In this document: positions 59,266 to 64,000 of the stretch, one piece after another
Position numbering within the stretch: position 1 is the first letter of the stretch
Layout: each line of letters opens with the position of its first letter
DNA from: an uncultured cyanobacterium
GTDB taxonomy: Bacteria; Cyanobacteriota; Cyanobacteriia; PCC-6307; Cyanobiaceae
Reading direction: 5' to 3'
DNA: 64,000 nt
Assembly (NCBI GenBank): GCA_963765575.1
Contig: CAVXWZ010000002.1
Coordinates: 96,001-160,000, forward strand
The notes under the pieces: model-generated
Told to the model about the DNA's origin: nothing
The model's input: only the letters and a program-made list of their open reading frames with translations
The model's database searches: none
Translations under genes and position numbers: made by a program

Positions 59266-60279
59266 ATGAACGACCTTCTGGTCCTGGCCGCCCTGGTGCT
59301 GGTGGTGCTGGCCGGCTCGGCTCTCTGCTCCGGGGTGGAGGCGGCCCTGCTCACCGTCAATCCGGTGCGCATCCACGAACTGGCGGTGCGGACCCGCCCC
59401 GTCAAAGGGGCCCTGCGGCTGGGGCAGCTGCGCCAGCGACTCGGGCGCACGCTGGCGGTGCTGGTGATCGCCAACAACGGCTTCAACATCTTCGGCAGCC
59501 TGATGCTGGGCGCCTATGCCGCCCGGGTGTTCCAGAGCCGCGGCATCGAAGGCCTGGCACTGCCCCTGTTCTCGGTGGGGCTGACGGTGCTCGTGATGCT
59601 GCTGGGGGAGATCCTGCCCAAGGCCCTGGGCAGCCGCCTGGCCCTGCCGGTCGCCCTGGCCAGCGCCCCACCGCTGCACCTGCTGGGGCTGGTGATGCGG
59701 CCCCTGGTGCTGCTGCTGGAGCGGCTGCTGCCGGCGATCACCGCCGAGAGCGAACTCAGCACCGACGAGAATGAGATTCGCCTGCTGGCCAGGCTGGGTT
59801 CGCAGAAGGGGCAGATCGAGGCGGATGAGGCCGCCATGATTGCCAAGGTGTTCCAGCTCAACGACCTCACCGCCAGGGATCTGATGACTCCGCGGGTGGC
59901 CGCGCCGACCCTGGAGGCGGCGGAGCGGTTGGAGGGGGCCAGGCCCCAGCTGCTGGCCAACCACGCCCCGTGGTGGGTGGTGCTGGGGGAGGAGGTGGAT
60001 GAGATCGTGGGGGTGGTGAGCCGCGAACGCCTGCTCACCGCCCTGCTGCAGGGCCAGGGTCAACGAACGCCAGCAGAACTCAGCGAAGCGGTGGAATACG
60101 TGCCGGAAATGATCCGCGCCGATCGCCTGCTCACCGGCTTCCGGCGCAACAGTGGCGGCGTGCGGGTGGTGGTCGATGAGTTCGGCGGCTTCGTCGGCGT
60201 GATCGGCGCCGAATCGGTGCTGGCCATGCTCGCCGGCTGGTGGCGCCCCCCCCAGCCCGCCGACCAGGAGGCCGGCTGA
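59266..60279 (+). CDS. CNNM (DUF21)/CBS domain membrane protein
   Basis: SGVEAAL, GEILPK, DLMTPR, VVDEFGGFVG. Confidence 0.9.
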   Translation: MNDLLVLAALVLVVLAGSALCSGVEAALLTVNPVRIHELAVRTRPVKGALRLGQLRQRLGRTLAVLVIANNGFNIFGSLMLGAYAARVFQSRGIEGLALPLFSVGLTVLVMLLGEILPKALGSRLALPVALASAPPLHLLGLVMRPLVLLLERLLPAITAESELSTDENEIRLLARLGSQKGQIEADEAAMIAKVFQLNDLTARDLMTPRVAAPTLEAAERLEGARPQLLANHAPWWVVLGEEVDEIVGVVSRERLLTALLQGQGQRTPAELSEAVEYVPEMIRADRLLTGFRRNSGGVRVVVDEFGGFVGVIGAESVLAMLAGWWRPPQPADQEAG

Positions 60280-61676
60280 TGGCCAGCCGCCAGAGCTCAG
60301 GGCGAGCCGTGGCCGGCGCGGCGGCGTCCCCCACGGCCAGCGAGCGCTGCCTGCTGCTGCTGCGGCAGTGGCGCCGCGACCTGCGCCTCAACGGCCGCGA
60401 ACGCAGCCTGCTGGGCGGTTCCCTGGCGGTGCTGGATCGCCAGCTGGAGCGCCTGGAACGGCGCCAGCTGCGGGTGGCGGTGTTCGGCCGGGTGGGGGTC
60501 GGCAAGTCAAGCCTGCTCAATGCCCTGCTGGAGGAGTCGGTGTTTGCCACCGACGTGGCCCACGGCTGCACCCGTCACCAGCAGACGGCGAGCTGGGGGG
60601 TGGCGGTGGGCGGTCTCGAGCGGGTGGAACTGGTGGACACCCCGGGGATCGATGAGATCGCCGCCCCCGGCCGGGGGCGGCTGGCGGCCCGGGTCGCCCG
60701 CGGCGTGGATCTGGTGCTGATGGTGCTCGATGGCGACCTCACGGTCGTGGATCAGGACGCCATCGCGGCGCTGCTGGAGAGCGGCAAACCGCTCCTGCTC
60801 GTGCTCAACCGCAGTGACTGCTGGCCGCTGGAGGAGCGCCAGGCGCTGCAGGCCAGCATCCAGCGCCGGCTGCGGGCCTTGCTGCCGCCGGCGGTGGGGT
60901 CATTGCCGCTGCTGGCGGTGGCGGCGGCGCCCCGCCGGGCCAGGCTGCGGCCCGATGGCCGCGTGCGCGCCGATCCGGAGCCGCCCCGGGTGGAACCCCT
61001 GCAGCGCCATCTCACCGACCTGCTGGAGGCCGAAGGCGGGCTGTTGCTTGCCCTCAACAGCCTCAGCGCCGCCGAGTCATTCCAGCGCCAGCTGCACCAG
61101 GGTCGCCTCGGCCGCGGGCGCCGAACGGCCCAGGGACTGATCGGCCGTTACGCCGCCCTCAAGGCCACCGGCCTGGCCGCGAACCCCCTGCTGCTGCTGG
61201 ATCTGGCCGGTGGCCTGGCCTGTGACGCCGCCCTGGTGGCCCAGCTCTGCCAGCTCTACGGCCTGCCGATGGACGGCCCCGCGGTGCGGGAGCTGCTCGG
61301 CCAGCTGTCCCGCCACAACGCCCTCATCGGCGGCGCCCAGGTCGGCATCCAGATAGCCCTGGGGGCGCTGCGGCAGCTGTTGCTGCTGGCGGCCCCCCTC
61401 ACCGGCGGCCTCAGCCTGGCCCCGGCGGCACCGGTGGCCCTGGCCCAGGCCGCCCTGGCCGTGCACACCACCCGCCGCACCGGACAGCTGGCAGCACGGG
61501 AACTGCTGCGGCGGGGCGAGCGGGGCGGCCAGCCCGGGGCCCTGCGGCGCCGGTTGATGGCCAGCGATCCGGCGGTGCGGGACTGGCTGGCGGGCCGCGC
61601 GACCTCCACCAGCCGTGGCGCCGCGCCGCCGGCAGACGGCGCCGCACTGTCCCCCGGGCTGGTGCTGCTGCCGTGA
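60279..61676 (+). CDS. Era/dynamin-like GTP-binding protein with DUF697-like C-terminus
   Basis: GRVGVGKS (G1), DTPG (G3), NRSD (G4). Confidence 0.87.
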   Translation: MASRQSSGRAVAGAAASPTASERCLLLLRQWRRDLRLNGRERSLLGGSLAVLDRQLERLERRQLRVAVFGRVGVGKSSLLNALLEESVFATDVAHGCTRHQQTASWGVAVGGLERVELVDTPGIDEIAAPGRGRLAARVARGVDLVLMVLDGDLTVVDQDAIAALLESGKPLLLVLNRSDCWPLEERQALQASIQRRLRALLPPAVGSLPLLAVAAAPRRARLRPDGRVRADPEPPRVEPLQRHLTDLLEAEGGLLLALNSLSAAESFQRQLHQGRLGRGRRTAQGLIGRYAALKATGLAANPLLLLDLAGGLACDAALVAQLCQLYGLPMDGPAVRELLGQLSRHNALIGGAQVGIQIALGALRQLLLLAAPLTGGLSLAPAAPVALAQAALAVHTTRRTGQLAARELLRRGERGGQPGALRRRLMASDPAVRDWLAGRATSTSRGAAPPADGAALSPGLVLLP

Positions 61677-62254
61677 GCGGCCGCTCCGGCATCGCCCTGC
61701 TGGGCACCAGCGCCGACCCGCCCACCCGGGGTCACCAGGCTCTGCTGGAGGGCCTGCTGGAGTGCTTTCCACAGGTGGCCACCTGGGCCAGCGACAATCC
61801 CAAGAAAGAGCACGGTGCCCCCCTGGAGCAGCGCGCGGCCCTGCTGGCCGCCGTGGTGGCAGCGATCGGCAACCCGCGCCTTGAGTTGGCCCAGGATCTG
61901 AGCAGTCCCTGGACGATCACCACCCTGGAGCGGGCGGCGCAACGCTGGCCGGGAGATGACCTGGTGTTCGTGGTGGGCAGCGATCTCGCCAGCCAGATTC
62001 CCCGCTGGAAGCAGGCTGCGGCAGTTCTGCAGCGCTGCCGCCTGGCGGTGGTGCCGCGGGACGGCTGGCCCCTGCGCGAAGAGCAGCTGGAGGCGCTGCG
62101 CCGCCTGGGGGGAAGGGTGGAGGAGCTGGCGCTGCCAATCCCCGCCAGCGCCAGCAGCCAGGCGCGGCGGCAACCGCTACCGGAGCAGGTGGCGGCGGCG
62201 GCCTGGCCGCTGCTGCTCCAGCACAATCTCTACGGCCTCAGCGCCCCCTCCTGA
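61673..62254 (+). CDS. nadD: Nicotinate-nucleotide adenylyltransferase
   Basis: GTSADPPTRGH, VVGSD, ASSS; directly upstream of nadE. Confidence 0.9.
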   Translation: MSGRSGIALLGTSADPPTRGHQALLEGLLECFPQVATWASDNPKKEHGAPLEQRAALLAAVVAAIGNPRLELAQDLSSPWTITTLERAAQRWPGDDLVFVVGSDLASQIPRWKQAAAVLQRCRLAVVPRDGWPLREEQLEALRRLGGRVEELALPIPASASSQARRQPLPEQVAAAAWPLLLQHNLYGLSAPS

Positions 62255-62257
62255 TCC

Positions 62258-63970
62258 ATGCATCTCGCCCTGGCCCAGCTCAACCCGGTGGTGGGAGACC
62301 TGGCCGGCAATGGCGAGCGCATCCTCGAGGCCTGCCAGCAGGCCCACCGGCAGGGGGCGAATCTGGTGCTTACGCCGGAGCTCTCCCTGTGGGGCTACCC
62401 CCCCCGGGATTTGCTGCTGCTGCCCTCCCGCCTGCAGGCGCAGGAGCAGACCCTGGCGCGGCTGAGCAGCCAACTGCAGCGCCACAGCCCCGAGCTGGCC
62501 CTGCTCGTGGGGATGGCCGAAGCCAGCGGCGACAGCCACCTGCCCAACCTCCACAACGCCATCGCCCTGGTGCAGGGAGGGCGCTGGCAGGTGGTGGCCC
62601 GCAAGCAGCTGCTGCCCAGCTACGACGTCTTTGACGAGCGGCGTTATTTCCGCCCCGCCCATGCCCCGGCGGTGCTGGAGCTGAACTGTGGCGACCGCAG
62701 CCTGCGGCTGGGTCTGACGATCTGCGAGGACCTCTGGGTGGAGGAGGAGCTGCTGGGCCAGCGGCTGGTTGGGCCGGATCCGGTGGCGGCCCTGCAAGCC
62801 GCGGGGATCGACCTGCTGGTGAACCACTCCGCCTCGCCCTTCGGCCAGGGCAAGCTGGCCCTGCGGCAGGATCTGGCGGCGCGGGCGGCGCAGCGGCTGA
62901 ACTGCCCGGTGGTGTACGTCAACCAGGTGGGCGGCAACGACGAGCTGGTCTTCGATGGGGCCAGCTTCGTGGTGGATGGCAGCGGTTCGGTGGTGGCCCG
63001 CATGCCCTGCTGCACAGAAGCCCTGCAGACATGGCAGCTGGCCGGTGGGAACGGGACGAGCAAGCCCGCTCCCGAGCCGCTTGAGCACCCGCCCGAGCCC
63101 CTTGAGCAGCTGCTGAGAGCCCTCGTGCTGGGGGTGCGCGACTACGCCCGCAAATGCGGCTTTCAGCGCGCCCTGCTGGGCCTCAGCGGCGGCATCGACT
63201 CGGCCCTGGTGGCCGTGATCGCCACGGCCGCCCTGGGCGCTGATCAGCTGCTGGCGTTGCTGATGCCCTCCCCCTGGAGTTCAGCCGGCTCGATCGACGA
63301 TGCGCAAGCCCTGGCCCGGCGCCTGGCCCTGGCCACCCACACCGTGCCGATCCACGGGCTGATGGACGGGTTCGATGCCGCCCTCACCCCCGCCCTCAAC
63401 CAGCCGCCCCAGGGTCTGACGGCCGAGAATCTGCAATCGCGCATCCGCGGCACCCTGCTGATGGCGATGGCCAATCAGCAGGGTCGCCTGCTGCTCTCCA
63501 CCGGCAACAAGTCGGAGCTGGCGGTGGGCTACTGCACCCTCTACGGCGACATGAACGGCGGCCTGGCGGTGATCGGCGATCTCTACAAGACCACCGTGTT
63601 CCGGCTCTGCGCCTGGCTGGACAGTCCCGCCTCCCAGCCCTGGCGGCGGGAGCTGGGGCTACCGCCGGAGGGGGACCTGATCGGTGCGCCCATCCGGCAG
63701 AAGCCCCCCAGTGCCGAACTGCAGCCCAACCAGCGCGACAGCGATTCCCTGCCCGACTACGCCCTGCTCGATCCGCTGCTGAAGGAGCTCGTGGAGCGCC
63801 GCCGCAGCCCCGAGCAGCTGGTGCTGGAGGGCGCCGATCCGCAGCTGGCGCAGCAGGTGATGGCGCTGCTGCGGCGCTCTGAATTCAAGCGGCGACAGGC
63901 GGCACCGGTGCTCAAGGTGAGCGCCCAGGCCTTCGGCAGCGGTTGGCGAATGCCGATCGCCGCCGTCTGA
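62258..63970 (+). CDS. nadE: Glutamine-dependent NAD+ synthetase
   Basis: Nitrilase-type domain (PEL, RK, ICEDLW) plus LSGGIDS, NLQSRIRG, GNKSE, PSAEL. Confidence 0.96.
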   Translation: MHLALAQLNPVVGDLAGNGERILEACQQAHRQGANLVLTPELSLWGYPPRDLLLLPSRLQAQEQTLARLSSQLQRHSPELALLVGMAEASGDSHLPNLHNAIALVQGGRWQVVARKQLLPSYDVFDERRYFRPAHAPAVLELNCGDRSLRLGLTICEDLWVEEELLGQRLVGPDPVAALQAAGIDLLVNHSASPFGQGKLALRQDLAARAAQRLNCPVVYVNQVGGNDELVFDGASFVVDGSGSVVARMPCCTEALQTWQLAGGNGTSKPAPEPLEHPPEPLEQLLRALVLGVRDYARKCGFQRALLGLSGGIDSALVAVIATAALGADQLLALLMPSPWSSAGSIDDAQALARRLALATHTVPIHGLMDGFDAALTPALNQPPQGLTAENLQSRIRGTLLMAMANQQGRLLLSTGNKSELAVGYCTLYGDMNGGLAVIGDLYKTTVFRLCAWLDSPASQPWRRELGLPPEGDLIGAPIRQKPPSAELQPNQRDSDSLPDYALLDPLLKELVERRRSPEQLVLEGADPQLAQQVMALLRRSEFKRRQAAPVLKVSAQAFGSGWRMPIAAV

Positions 63971-64000
63971 GTCAGGCTTGGGAGCACCTGGCCCGGCTTG

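Overview
Core-genome window from a high-GC picocyanobacterium (Cyanobium/Synechococcus cluster 5-like, inferred from rRNA/ITS layout, kaiABC, nblS, psbV, petF and gene order). Positions 1-6400 hold a minus-strand rRNA operon (about 1 kb leader, 16S, tRNA-Ile, tRNA-Ala, 23S; 5S lies outside the window). The rest is densely packed housekeeping genes: tyrS, pepA, msrA, lpxBA-fabZ-lpxC-bamA-purC, purD-nblS, kaiABC, rplU-rpmA, truB, yebC, nagB, rnz, psbV, petF, prmA, serA, tRNA-Val, murD, rpoZ, ftrV, pyrR, gpmI-secG-msrB, groESL, atpD-atpC, PSRP-3, pepP, nadD-nadE. I found no CRISPR array, transposase, integrase or prophage. Three conserved genes (bamA, gpmI, a HAD hydrolase) carry single-base frameshifts that are most likely assembly errors. 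The least-explained signals are non-coding: a roughly 90-nt nested hairpin upstream of tRNA-Val, a 21-bp perfect inverted repeat beside DnaA-box-like motifs (43.8-43.95 kb), and a structured groESL/atpD control region (CIRCE, exact K-box, 3x12-bp GATC repeat). A small block of atypical LuxR, HhH and GIY-YIG genes also stands out. Nothing here proves a new system. All calls come from manual reading, and start codons and rRNA ends are approximate.
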